A DNA stretch of 30,092 nucleotides from Candidatus Latescibacterota bacterium (GCA_963662665.2 CAXXJS010000044.1:1-30092), one strand, 5' to 3'; numbered from the stretch's first letter, positions 1-8,115 are shown. Notes: a model not told the origin generated them from the letters alone. Numbers and translations are program-made.

Positions 1-495
1 AAAGGGATGGATGCGGTGGAACGCCGCCAGGTCACTTTGGATCGGGTGGGTGTTGAGGACGTAGGTGAAATTGCGCACCCCTGAGACGCCGGACCCGACG
101 AGGGGCATCTGCTGTAATTCCACGTCCAGTATCCCCACGGCGATCGTCGGTTTGGGCAAGGCCCCTTGCGTGGCCAGCATCGCGGCACCGGCCGGTCCGG
201 CTGCAATGATCAGATCGACGGATGGGTCGTTGGCGAGGGAAAGATAATCTGCGTAATCAACTGAGAAACGCCGGTGTGCGGGAAGGAAGTGGACCGTCCT
301 ATTGGCCCCTAGCGCCTTTCGGATTTCTTCCTTCAGGAGGACTAAATTACGCTCTGCATTGGCTTCTTCAGGCCGTAAATCAAGCAATAGACCGATGTAA
401 AGGTCACGTTTCTCAATCTGGGCGCTCGTCGACGACGCGGGCAGCCCAAAACCAAGTACCAGAGCGGCGAAAATTGCAACCACAGTCGTCTTCAC
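1..495 (-). CDS. Secreted protein, N-terminal part (runs off the window); probably a TolC-family outer-membrane protein with an N-terminal ABC substrate-binding-like domain
   Basis: Not in the ORF track. Manual translation from GTG at 495 is open to base 1: MKTTVVAIFAALVLGFGLPASSTSAQIEKRDLYIGLLLD...LKEEIRKALG...DPSVDLIIAAGP...LPKPTIAVGILDVELQQMPLVGSGVSGVRNFTYV...FHRIHPF. It has a signal-peptide-like start. The family call is recall of the DPxVDLII..G / LPKP / SGVxNxTY pattern; no TolC domain is visible inside the window. Confidence 0.65.
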   Translation of the reverse strand, partial: MKTTVVAIFAALVLGFGLPASSTSAQIEKRDLYIGLLLDLRPEEANAERNLVLLKEEIRKALGANRTVHFLPAHRRFSVDYADYLSLANDPSVDLIIAAGPAGAAMLATQGALPKPTIAVGILDVELQQMPLVGSGVSGVRNFTYVLNTHPIQSDLAAFHRIHPF

Positions 496-606
496 TTTCG
501 TTTTGAACCGTACAAGCGAGGATGGGTGGCACAATGCACATTTGAATCCCGGTACACGAAGTCGGCCCGGCTGATTTTGCTGTTCGGGTCGCTTTCCCAG
601 GTCTGG

Positions 607-625
607 CGCGAACATCACGTTCGCG
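607..625. other. Short perfect hairpin just downstream of the enolase-family gene
   Basis: CGCGAAC-ATCAC-GTTCGCG, a 7-bp stem about 10 nt after the stop. No U-tract, so not a clear terminator. Confidence 0.35.
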
Positions 626-634
626 ACGTTACAG

Positions 635-1708
635 TCACGCCCGATGGGCCGCAATGAAGTCTTCATTGAGCGTCAGCCCGAGGCCGGGCTCATCGCTCAT
701 ATGGATCTCGCCGTCCACGATCCGGAACGGGGGATCGTAGAGGTCCGACCAGATCTGGTACGGCTCGGTATGCGGACATGCGGAGACCATCAGCCCGTTG
801 GGCACGGCGGCGATCAGATGGCAGTTGATTTCCGGAAAAGAGGCCCCGTGGGGCGCGACGTAAACGTGGTGCGCCTCGGCCAGCGCCGCCATCCGCATCA
901 GACCGGTGAACCCCCCGCCGCCGATAATGTCCGACTGCACCACCTGCAGGCCGCCGTCCACGATCAGATGGCGGATGCCATAGAGCGTACCTTCGCTCTC
1001 ACCTCCCGCGACCAGCGCGTCCGTGGCCTCGCGAACCATCCGCATGTGCGCCGCTTCGTCGTCGCCCCGCACGGGCTCCTCGATCCAATACAGGTTGTAC
1101 GGCTCGAACCGCCGGGACATTTCCGCGGCCGTTTTCCCTTCCCACATCCTGTGGATGTCGATCATCAGCCTCGGTCCGTCGCCCAATGCCTCGCGCGATA
1201 ATCTCACTTTGTCGAACGCGAGTTCGCGATCGTCATCCGACAGATGGAACTTCACGGCCTTGAATCCGAGATCCGCGTGTTTTCTGACCAGGGCGGCAAC
1301 CTCCTCGGCGTTCTGGTGTTCATAGCCGATTCCGTCCGCGTACGCGGTCACGCGGTCCCGGAACCCGCCCAGCATCCGCCAGACCGGTTCGCCGCACGCC
1401 TTGCCGTATAAGTCCCAGACCGCTACGTCCAGAGCGCCGATTGTGCCCATCGCGGCCCGACCCGGGCCGCGGAAGCGCCACGCGAGATCGTACATCCGCT
1501 GCCATAGCCAGGCCGGCCGGCGGGGGTCTTCCCCCACGAGCATCGGCGCGAATTCCCGCTCGATCAATTCTGCGTTTCCGCCCCTGCCAATGCCCACGAG
1601 CCCGTTATCGGCGCGGACAAGATGAAGGGGCCAGGTCCGTTTGACTCCCCGTTCGGACGGCCCCCAGAAACAGTTGAGCGAAATCGTCTCGATACGTTCA
1701 ATACGCAC
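635..1708 (-). CDS. Mandelate racemase/muconate lactonizing enzyme family (enolase superfamily), probably an acid-sugar dehydratase type
   Basis: ALDVAVWDLYGKACGEPVWRMLGG capping-domain motif, metal ligands in MIDIH / WIEEP / AGGES, QSD...APH dyad and a C-terminal PGLG. GTG start with GGAGG upstream. Confidence 0.93.
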   Translation of the reverse strand: MRIERIETISLNCFWGPSERGVKRTWPLHLVRADNGLVGIGRGGNAELIEREFAPMLVGEDPRRPAWLWQRMYDLAWRFRGPGRAAMGTIGALDVAVWDLYGKACGEPVWRMLGGFRDRVTAYADGIGYEHQNAEEVAALVRKHADLGFKAVKFHLSDDDRELAFDKVRLSREALGDGPRLMIDIHRMWEGKTAAEMSRRFEPYNLYWIEEPVRGDDEAAHMRMVREATDALVAGGESEGTLYGIRHLIVDGGLQVVQSDIIGGGGFTGLMRMAALAEAHHVYVAPHGASFPEINCHLIAAVPNGLMVSACPHTEPYQIWSDLYDPPFRIVDGEIHMSDEPGLGLTLNEDFIAAHRA

Positions 1709-1725
1709 GGTGCGACCTCCATTGT

Positions 1726-2151
1726 TCAGGATGCAATGCGTTTACGAAGGACCACGCTGGTACCGGCCTCGCCGAAGTGGTGCTGGACGTCGTCCACCAT
1801 AGCGCGCATCATCAGCAGGCCGCGGCCGGAGGGGTTCAACAGGTTTTCCTCGGCAAGCGGATCCGGTACCGCCGCCGGATCGAATCCTGGACCCTGATCC
1901 AGGATCGCGATGTGCAACATCCCGTCCACCACGGCGAATTCGACCGCGAACGGTCTCTCCCGCACACCCTCATTTCCGTGGAAGATGGCATTGTTCACGG
2001 CTTCCGTAAGCGCAATGGCCACCTCGTCGCATGCATCCTCGCTCATCGCCAGGTCGGCGGTGACCTGTGCCGCAACGTCGACCACCTCATGAAGCGACTC
2101 TACGCAACTGGGCAGTTCCAGTCGCTTGACATCTCGTGATCCTGTACCCAT
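1726..2151 (-). CDS. Anti-sigma factor / serine kinase, RsbW-like (HATPase_c_2)
   Basis: EAVNNAIFHGN (N-box), DQGPGFD (G1), PDPLAEENLLNPSGRGLLMMR (G2) and GT strand; 141 aa stand-alone domain. Confidence 0.92.
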   Translation of the reverse strand: MGTGSRDVKRLELPSCVESLHEVVDVAAQVTADLAMSEDACDEVAIALTEAVNNAIFHGNEGVRERPFAVEFAVVDGMLHIAILDQGPGFDPAAVPDPLAEENLLNPSGRGLLMMRAMVDDVQHHFGEAGTSVVLRKRIAS

Positions 2152-2236
2152 AGACGCATTCCCTCACTACATTCGGAGCCGCCGCGGACGGTCATCCGGA
2201 CCGGCACACGTTCACTGACGCGAAGAAACGGACGTT

Positions 2237-2314
2237 GGCAGCCCGTTGAAAAAAGCCCATCCGGGCGACGGCCGGCTCCCGCCCTCGCCTGCACGACATC
2301 TTCAACGGACTGCC
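2237..2314. repeat. 78-bp intergenic element bounded by 14-bp inverted repeats (MITE/REP-like remnant)
   Basis: GGCAGCCCGTTGAA (2237-2250) and TTCAACGGACTGCC (2301-2314) are complementary at 13/14 positions. They resemble the common GCAGCCTGTTGAAAAA...TTTTTCAACAGGCTGC class of IS-derived miniature elements (recall). Confidence 0.55.
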
Positions 2315-2349
2315 CGAGGCGTCGGCGCGAACGATCCGGGTGATTCTCC

Positions 2350-2378
2350 TTGACATTGCCGCTGCATGACGTTATCAA
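2350..2378 (+). promoter_or_regulatory. Candidate sigma70 promoter for ridA
   Basis: TTGACA (2350-2355), 17-bp spacer, TATCAA (2373-2378); the -10 is imperfect. Confidence 0.4.
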
Positions 2379-2466
2379 AGTCGACCGCGGAGAAAGGATG
2401 CATTAACCGCCGTCCATACAACGCGAACACAACACGTCCCGCAATTCAGAATGGAGATATCTCGTC

Positions 2467-2850
2467 ATGCAGAAAGAGGTGATTACCACCGACAAGGCCG
2501 CTCTTCCAGTGGGTCCCTATTCGCAGGCCATAAAAACGGGCGAATTGATCTTTGTCGCGGGCGAAAAGGGAATCGATCCCGCAACCGGCGCAGTTGTCAG
2601 CGGCGGCATTGCCGCGGAAACCCGGCAGACGCTGGAAAATATCGCGGCAATCCTTGAGGCCGCGGGCGCCACGATGGACCACGCGGTCCGGACGGTCGTC
2701 TATATGACGGACATTGCGGAATTCGCCGAAATGAACGCGGTCTACGCGGAATATTTCCCGAATGACCCTCCGGGGCGAAGCTGCGTTCAGGTCGTTGCCC
2801 TCCCGGCGGGAGCCAATGTCGAAATCGAAGTGACGGCGGTTCTGTCCTGA
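2467..2850 (+). CDS. ridA: RidA/YjgF/UK114 family enamine/imine deaminase
   Basis: GPYSQAI, QTLENIAAILEAAG, FAEMNAVYAEYF, PPGRSCVQVVALPAGANVEIE with the catalytic Arg; GGAG RBS. Confidence 0.93.
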   Translation: MQKEVITTDKAALPVGPYSQAIKTGELIFVAGEKGIDPATGAVVSGGIAAETRQTLENIAAILEAAGATMDHAVRTVVYMTDIAEFAEMNAVYAEYFPNDPPGRSCVQVVALPAGANVEIEVTAVLS

Positions 2851-2898
2851 TCTTCCCGAAAGCGCTTGAGCCGCATTCGGCGCAGGACGCGAAGACGC

Positions 2899-3060
2899 GT
2901 GTTCTGTCCCGGAAATAAGTTGCCCGAATTTGGCCGCAGAGTCGCCCGGCTCGCAAGGCGCCAGAGAGCAGGCGACATGGCACGGTCGGCGAGCGATGGC
3001 AACGCAGCGAGACGGGATGAATCTGCGGAAGAATGGTAAGGTATTTATGGGACAGGACAC
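2899..3060. mobile_element. 162-bp non-autonomous miniature element (MITE) with IS630-type ends
   Basis: Left end GTGTTCTGTCCCGGAAATAAGTTGC matches the adjacent IS left end at 22/25. The last 14 bp (ATGGGACAGGACAC) are identical to the IS right end. The interior has its own inverted repeat, CCGCAGAGTCGCCCGGCTCGC / GCGAGACGGGATGAATCTGCGG. Confidence 0.85.
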
Positions 3061-3062
3061 TA

Positions 3063-4221
3063 GTGTTCTGTCCCAGGAATAACTTGCAAAAATAGTTTAT
3101 TTGCCATAGATTTCTTATAGCGAAAGGAGGAATCTATGGCCAGGGGACGTCCGTTAGCGCCACTGAGTATTGGGGATGAGGTTCGGGCACAGTTGGAAAC
3201 GATTTCCCGTTCAAGAAGCATGTCGCACAGTCATGTACGTCGGGCGAAGATCGTTCTGATGAGTGATCAAGGGCTGTCGAATCAGCAGATTGGACGACAG
3301 CTTGGTCTGTCGGGAGCCACAGTCGGGAAGTGGCGCCGTCGGTTTTTAGAACAAGGTCTGATGGGGCTTTATGATGAATTGCGCCCCGGGGGGCCCCGGT
3401 CGATCAGCGATGAGCGCATCGCCGCGCTGATTTATACAACGCTCAAAGACAAGCCGTCGGGAGCCACCCATTGGACCTGCCGCTCTCTGGCGGCCCAGAC
3501 GCAACTGTCCAAGTCTACGGTTCAGCGCGTGTGGAAAGCGTTTGGTCTACAGCCGCACCGGCAAAAACACTTCAAGCTGTCCAATGATCCGTTCTTTGTC
3601 GAGAAGGTACGTGACATTGTCGGCCTGTATCTGAACCCTCCCGACAACGCGATGGTATTATGCGTTGACGAAAAGAGCCAGATCCAGGCATTGGAACGAA
3701 CGCAGCCGATATTGCCTTTGGGGTTGGGCTATGTGGAAGGGGTGACCCACAATTATATCCGGCACGGCACCACGACCTTGTTCGCCGCACTAGAGGTCGC
3801 TTCCGGCAAGGTGCTGGCCCAATGCAAACCCCGACATCGACACCAGGAATTCCTGCAATTCCTCAAATATATCGACCAAAACGTCCCGAAGGACCTTGAC
3901 ATTCATCTCGTCGTCGACAACTACGCCACGCACAAACACGAAAAAATCAAACGCTGGATCGCAGCCAGGCCCCGATATCACGTTCACTACACACCGACCT
4001 ACGCGTCTTGGCTCAACCAAGTCGAGATCTGGTTCGGTATCATTACCCAGAAAGCCATCCGACGCGGGACCTTCAAGAAGGTGAAAGACCTCATCGCCAA
4101 CATTCAGGATTTCACTAACCATTACAACACCAACTCACAACCGTTCGTCTGGACCGCCACCGCAGAATCGATCCTTGACAAGATTACTAGACTTTTTGAA
4201 CTAATTCATGGGACAGGACAC
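3063..4221 (+). mobile_element. IS630-family insertion sequence, 1159 bp, flanked by TA duplication
   Basis: Terminal IRs GTGTTCTGTCCC... / ...GGGACAGGACAC; TA at 3061-3062 and 4222-4223, both in a CTAG context; single transposase ORF; lower GC than its neighbours. Confidence 0.95.
3084..3130 (+). promoter_or_regulatory. Transposase promoter and RBS
   Basis: TTGCAA (3084-3089), 17-bp spacer, TAGATT (3107-3112); AAGGAGG (3124-3130) lies 5 nt before ATG 3136. Confidence 0.6.
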
Positions 4222-4224
4222 TAG
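3136..4224 (+). CDS. IS630-family DDE transposase
   Basis: N-terminal HTH (TVGKWRRRF, GATHWT); catalytic motifs CVDEKSQIQAL, VVDNYATHK and SWLNQVEIWF; no frameshift. Confidence 0.97.
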   Translation: MARGRPLAPLSIGDEVRAQLETISRSRSMSHSHVRRAKIVLMSDQGLSNQQIGRQLGLSGATVGKWRRRFLEQGLMGLYDELRPGGPRSISDERIAALIYTTLKDKPSGATHWTCRSLAAQTQLSKSTVQRVWKAFGLQPHRQKHFKLSNDPFFVEKVRDIVGLYLNPPDNAMVLCVDEKSQIQALERTQPILPLGLGYVEGVTHNYIRHGTTTLFAALEVASGKVLAQCKPRHRHQEFLQFLKYIDQNVPKDLDIHLVVDNYATHKHEKIKRWIAARPRYHVHYTPTYASWLNQVEIWFGIITQKAIRRGTFKKVKDLIANIQDFTNHYNTNSQPFVWTATAESILDKITRLFELIHGTGH

Positions 4225-5018
4225 AGCCCGGAAAGGATTCCCTCTACGTACCCCCGTGCAAATGCGATGTCCCGGTCCACCTCATCCGGTTCCTTGCCTC
4301 CCACACATTCCACGTAGAGGGGTCCGTCGAACCCGCCGCCCACCAGCCCGGACAATACCGAATGGAATTCCACAAGACCGTCGCCCGGCGTAACCATCAC
4401 GTCGGGAACACCATCGATAACCGTACAGTCCTTGATAATCCCGGTTGTGACCACGGGCGCCACTTCCAAGACGTCTGTCTCAGGCCGCAGGTCGCCTTTC
4501 GTATAGTAGATGATGTTTCCAGGATCGAAACAGATGCCGAACGCCGCGTGGCTCACGTTATTATTGGCCGCAAGCAGGTGGGATACCGTGAGACTGATAC
4601 CGCCGTGGGGCTTCATGGTAATATTCACGCCGACCTCGTCCGCATGGGGCGCGGACTGCCGCATCAACTCGAAATAGTCATCGAAGTGGGCCTCGTTGCT
4701 GGTGCCGCAATCCAGCAGCCAGGTCGTGCCCAGCGCCGCCGCATTGTCGATCAGCCGCTTATAGGCGTCCACCGCCGCCGTCAGTCCCCCGCCCAGCTGT
4801 GTGCCCCCGATGAGCATCGAAGGAACCACGCCCGCGGCATGGGCCGCGTCCCGCACTGCGGCGACCTCCGCCGGAGAACTCTCGGAACCCACCGGCACCT
4901 GGCCTTCATTTGCAAAAACCGCAACGTCCGAGTAGCCGGCTTCCGCAATCCGGCTGTACGCTTCGTTGTAACTCAGTTGGCCGTATGGCCGGGTCGTACA
5001 TCCAACCGTCGTCTCCAT
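4221..5018 (-). CDS. Sugar phosphate isomerase/epimerase (xylose isomerase-like TIM barrel)
   Basis: LIDNAAALG, MKPHGG, CFDPGNI, IKD, PGDGLVEF and GFDGPLYVE motifs; AAAGGAG RBS. The stop TAG coincides with the IS end. Confidence 0.88.
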   Translation of the reverse strand: METTVGCTTRPYGQLSYNEAYSRIAEAGYSDVAVFANEGQVPVGSESSPAEVAAVRDAAHAAGVVPSMLIGGTQLGGGLTAAVDAYKRLIDNAAALGTTWLLDCGTSNEAHFDDYFELMRQSAPHADEVGVNITMKPHGGISLTVSHLLAANNNVSHAAFGICFDPGNIIYYTKGDLRPETDVLEVAPVVTTGIIKDCTVIDGVPDVMVTPGDGLVEFHSVLSGLVGGGFDGPLYVECVGGKEPDEVDRDIAFARGYVEGILSGL

Positions 5019-5059
5019 CCTGGACGCTCCTTTGCTGATTCAATCGAACCACTACAGAT

Positions 5060-5854
5060 TCACGACTCCATCTCACGTCCGCAGTGCGGACAGACTCCGC
5101 TTTCTTTCTTTCGCCGATCGATCTCCTCTGCGAATCCCGATCCCAGGATGCCGGCCGGCAGAGCAAACATCCCGATACCCAGAAGCGCGATTACCGCGCC
5201 CAGTATTTTTCCGAGGCCCGTTACCGGGTACGTGTCTCCGTATCCCACCGTCGTAAGCGTCACGATGCCCCACCACATGGCCGATGGAATGCTGGAAAAT
5301 GCCTGGGGCTGGGCGCTGTGTTCGGCGAAATACATAAGCGTCGACGCGATCACCAGCATAATGAGCAGGACGAAGAGGGTGACCAGCAGTTCGCCGCGGT
5401 GCTTCCTCAATACGTTTCCGAGCGTCTGTAACGAAGTGGAATACCGTCCCAGCTTGAACAACCGAAGCAATCGCATCGCACGCAATACGCGCAGGTCGAC
5501 CGTTGTCACCAGAGGCAGGTAGAAGGGCAGGATCGCAATCAGGTCCACCAGCGCCAACGGCGTCAGGGAAAAACGCAATCGGCCGCGAATGGGACGGGCG
5601 TACTTTTCGTCGGCGGTACACGACCAGATACGCATCACGTATTCAATGGTAAAAACACCCACGGAAAAAACGTCAAACGCTTCAAACAGCCACCGGTACG
5701 ATGCAAGAACGGCCTCCACTGTCTCCAGAATGACAGCCACGACGTTCAGGACAATCAGACCCATAATAAACAGGTCGATCAGCCGGCTTGTCCGGTCGCC
5801 CATCTGCGCCTTGTCCAGAATTTCGTTGGTTCGTTCCTTAAACCGGTCTATCAT
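5060..5854 (-). CDS. Voltage-gated potassium channel (KvAP-like, 6 TM)
   Basis: TTVGYGD selectivity filter, S4 segment LRVLRAMRLLRLFKLGR, WW pore helix, ALPAGIL in S6 and C-terminal CPHC. Confidence 0.95.
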   Translation of the reverse strand: MIDRFKERTNEILDKAQMGDRTSRLIDLFIMGLIVLNVVAVILETVEAVLASYRWLFEAFDVFSVGVFTIEYVMRIWSCTADEKYARPIRGRLRFSLTPLALVDLIAILPFYLPLVTTVDLRVLRAMRLLRLFKLGRYSTSLQTLGNVLRKHRGELLVTLFVLLIMLVIASTLMYFAEHSAQPQAFSSIPSAMWWGIVTLTTVGYGDTYPVTGLGKILGAVIALLGIGMFALPAGILGSGFAEEIDRRKKESGVCPHCGREMES

Positions 5855-6137
5855 GGCTCCCCTTCAGATCCGGCTGATGGGGGTTGTTGCCGACGACGGG
5901 TCGCCACGTTGCGGGACACTCTGCCCTGGGCGGCCTGACATCCGGCGCATGCGCGCCGGTTCCCGGCGTCGCGCGTTGATGTCCGGCTCTGGCAGACCCT
6001 GCCCGGCCGGCTGGAATACCTTAAAGATAGGATGCTATCGTTCGAATGGAAACGCCTTTTTCCAATGAGCGCGCCCCGCTCGCCGAATCGGCGTCACGAA
6101 CCCATTTCACCAGACCAACGGAAACAATAGAAGACCG

Positions 6138-8108
6138 ATGAGCCCGAACAAGGAAGCCGGAATCCGTTCACATGCCTGGATACGCGTTCTGGCCGCACTC
6201 GCGCTGGCGTCTGTATTCGCCGCAGCGCTGCCGACCAACCGGGACCGCGTTATACATCAGCAGGTCGCGACGGAGTTGCCGCTCCTGTCAAAAGCCATGG
6301 GCGACGGCCCGTGGCGACTCGCGGACGATCAGGAGACACGTTGCCGTTCCGGTTTCGAGGAAGTCCACCGCCGCCGAAACCCGCCCGAACCCGGTGCTCC
6401 CGAGATTTCGTTTGCGTGCAGCGAAGCCCCGGATGGCGTGCTCCTGACCGCCGCGACAGCCTCGTCGCAACGTCAGACGCGCCTGAAGTCAATCGACGGC
6501 TGGAGCCTCTTTCCGCCGATAGCAGCCATCCTGATTGCCATTTTCAGTGGACGCGTTCTCCTGGGACTGTCCCTGGCTGTACTCTGTGGAGGCGTTCTCA
6601 CGGTTGGCGAAGCCCCACTCTACGAACTTCCGTTCGCCGCGGTCGAAAAGGCAGCCGTGAATTACGTCTGGGCGCCGCTCAGATCGTCGTTTCAGCTCTA
6701 CATTCTGGGTTTTACGGCTGCCCTTATCGGCATGGTAAGGGTGACGTCGCTCGCGGGAGGCAACCAGGGCATTGCCGCACTCCTTGCCTCCCGATCGGAA
6801 AGCGCCCGGTCCACGCGTCTGGCCGCATTCTTCATGGGGCTGGCGATTTTCTTCGATGACTACGCCAATACGATCGTGGTGGGCACGACGCTTCGGCCCA
6901 TGGCCGACCGGTTCCGGATCTCACGCGAAAAACTCGCGTACATCGTCGATTCCACCGCCGCCCCGGTCGCGGGCGTAGCAGTCATCAGCACCTGGATCGG
7001 ATTCGAAGTCGGACTGTTCGGCGACCTGATGAGGGACCTCGGCACCGGCGTATCAGGCTATCAACTCTTCTTCCATGCACTCCCATTTCGATTCTACTGC
7101 CTCTTTACGCTTGCATTCGTCGCCGCGTCTGCCTGGCTCCAGCGGGACTACGGCCCTATGTACCGTGCGGAATACCGGGCAAGGACCACCGGACAGGTGC
7201 TTCGGCCGGGCGCCACGCCGCTGGCGACTCGCCGCGGCAGAGAAGTCCTGCCCGCCGATGGCGTTCAGCCCGCCTGGTGGGCCGCGGCCGCGCCTGTTCT
7301 GATCGTCGTCGTCGCCGTCATCGCGGGCATGGCCGCGGATACCTGGAACGATCCCGACGTCCGGTCGACACGGCTGACGGACTCGCTTTTCAGCTTCTCG
7401 TACTGGACCGCATGTTTCTCCAACGCCGACAACGCGAGGGTGCTTTTCCTTTCCGCCATACTGGGTTCTGCGGTCGCACTGGTCATTGCGGTAACCAGAC
7501 GCCGTCCCGACGGAGGACCCGCCCCCATTCGGCCGCTCGCGGCGTTAATGACGTGGGCGCAGGGCGTTACGGGTATCCAGTATGCCATCGCCATCCTGAT
7601 CATGGCCTGGGCCATTCAGGCCGTCTGCAAGGACATGGGCACATCCACCTATCTCGCGGCGGCGCTATCGCCGATCGCGCTACCCGGCCTGCTACCCCTG
7701 CTCATCTTTCTCCTGGCGGCGGCAGTCGCCTTCTCAATTGGCACGTCGTGGGCGACCATGGCGATCCTCATCCCCACCGCGGTTCCCCTTGCGCACAGCC
7801 TGGGCGGCCTCCCGCTCACGATTCTCGCCGCCGCCGCCGTACTGGACGGCGCGATCTTCGGGGATCATTGCTCCCCGATCAGCGACACGACCGTCATGTC
7901 CAGCCTTGCAACTTCGTGCGACCACCTGGACCACGTGAGGACGCAATTTCCATACGCCCTGACCACTATGGGCATCGCCGCACTTGCAGGATACGTGGGC
8001 GCGACCTTTTTCTATCCCGTGTGGTGCGCGCTGCTGATCGGCCTGGCGATGATTCCGGCAATCCTGATCGTATTCGGCAGGAACGCTGACACGCATGCCG
8101 GCCCGTAG
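6138..8108 (+). CDS. Na+/H+ antiporter NhaC family (IT superfamily) transporter
   Basis: IFFDDYAN, SREKLAYIVDSTAAP, GTSWATMAIL, GAIFGDHCSPISDTT and DHVRTQFPYA motifs; many hydrophobic segments. The substrate is not established. Confidence 0.9.
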   Translation: MSPNKEAGIRSHAWIRVLAALALASVFAAALPTNRDRVIHQQVATELPLLSKAMGDGPWRLADDQETRCRSGFEEVHRRRNPPEPGAPEISFACSEAPDGVLLTAATASSQRQTRLKSIDGWSLFPPIAAILIAIFSGRVLLGLSLAVLCGGVLTVGEAPLYELPFAAVEKAAVNYVWAPLRSSFQLYILGFTAALIGMVRVTSLAGGNQGIAALLASRSESARSTRLAAFFMGLAIFFDDYANTIVVGTTLRPMADRFRISREKLAYIVDSTAAPVAGVAVISTWIGFEVGLFGDLMRDLGTGVSGYQLFFHALPFRFYCLFTLAFVAASAWLQRDYGPMYRAEYRARTTGQVLRPGATPLATRRGREVLPADGVQPAWWAAAAPVLIVVVAVIAGMAADTWNDPDVRSTRLTDSLFSFSYWTACFSNADNARVLFLSAILGSAVALVIAVTRRRPDGGPAPIRPLAALMTWAQGVTGIQYAIAILIMAWAIQAVCKDMGTSTYLAAALSPIALPGLLPLLIFLLAAAVAFSIGTSWATMAILIPTAVPLAHSLGGLPLTILAAAAVLDGAIFGDHCSPISDTTVMSSLATSCDHLDHVRTQFPYALTTMGIAALAGYVGATFFYPVWCALLIGLAMIPAILIVFGRNADTHAGP

Positions 8109-8115
8109 CCTGCTG

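Noticed and set aside
527-545. Sigma54 promoter (TGGCAC)
   Set aside because: No GC at the -12 position with correct spacing, and it points away from any nearby plus-strand gene start.
4362-5522. 386-aa plus-strand ORF
   Set aside because: It spans two clear minus-strand genes and has no recognisable domain.
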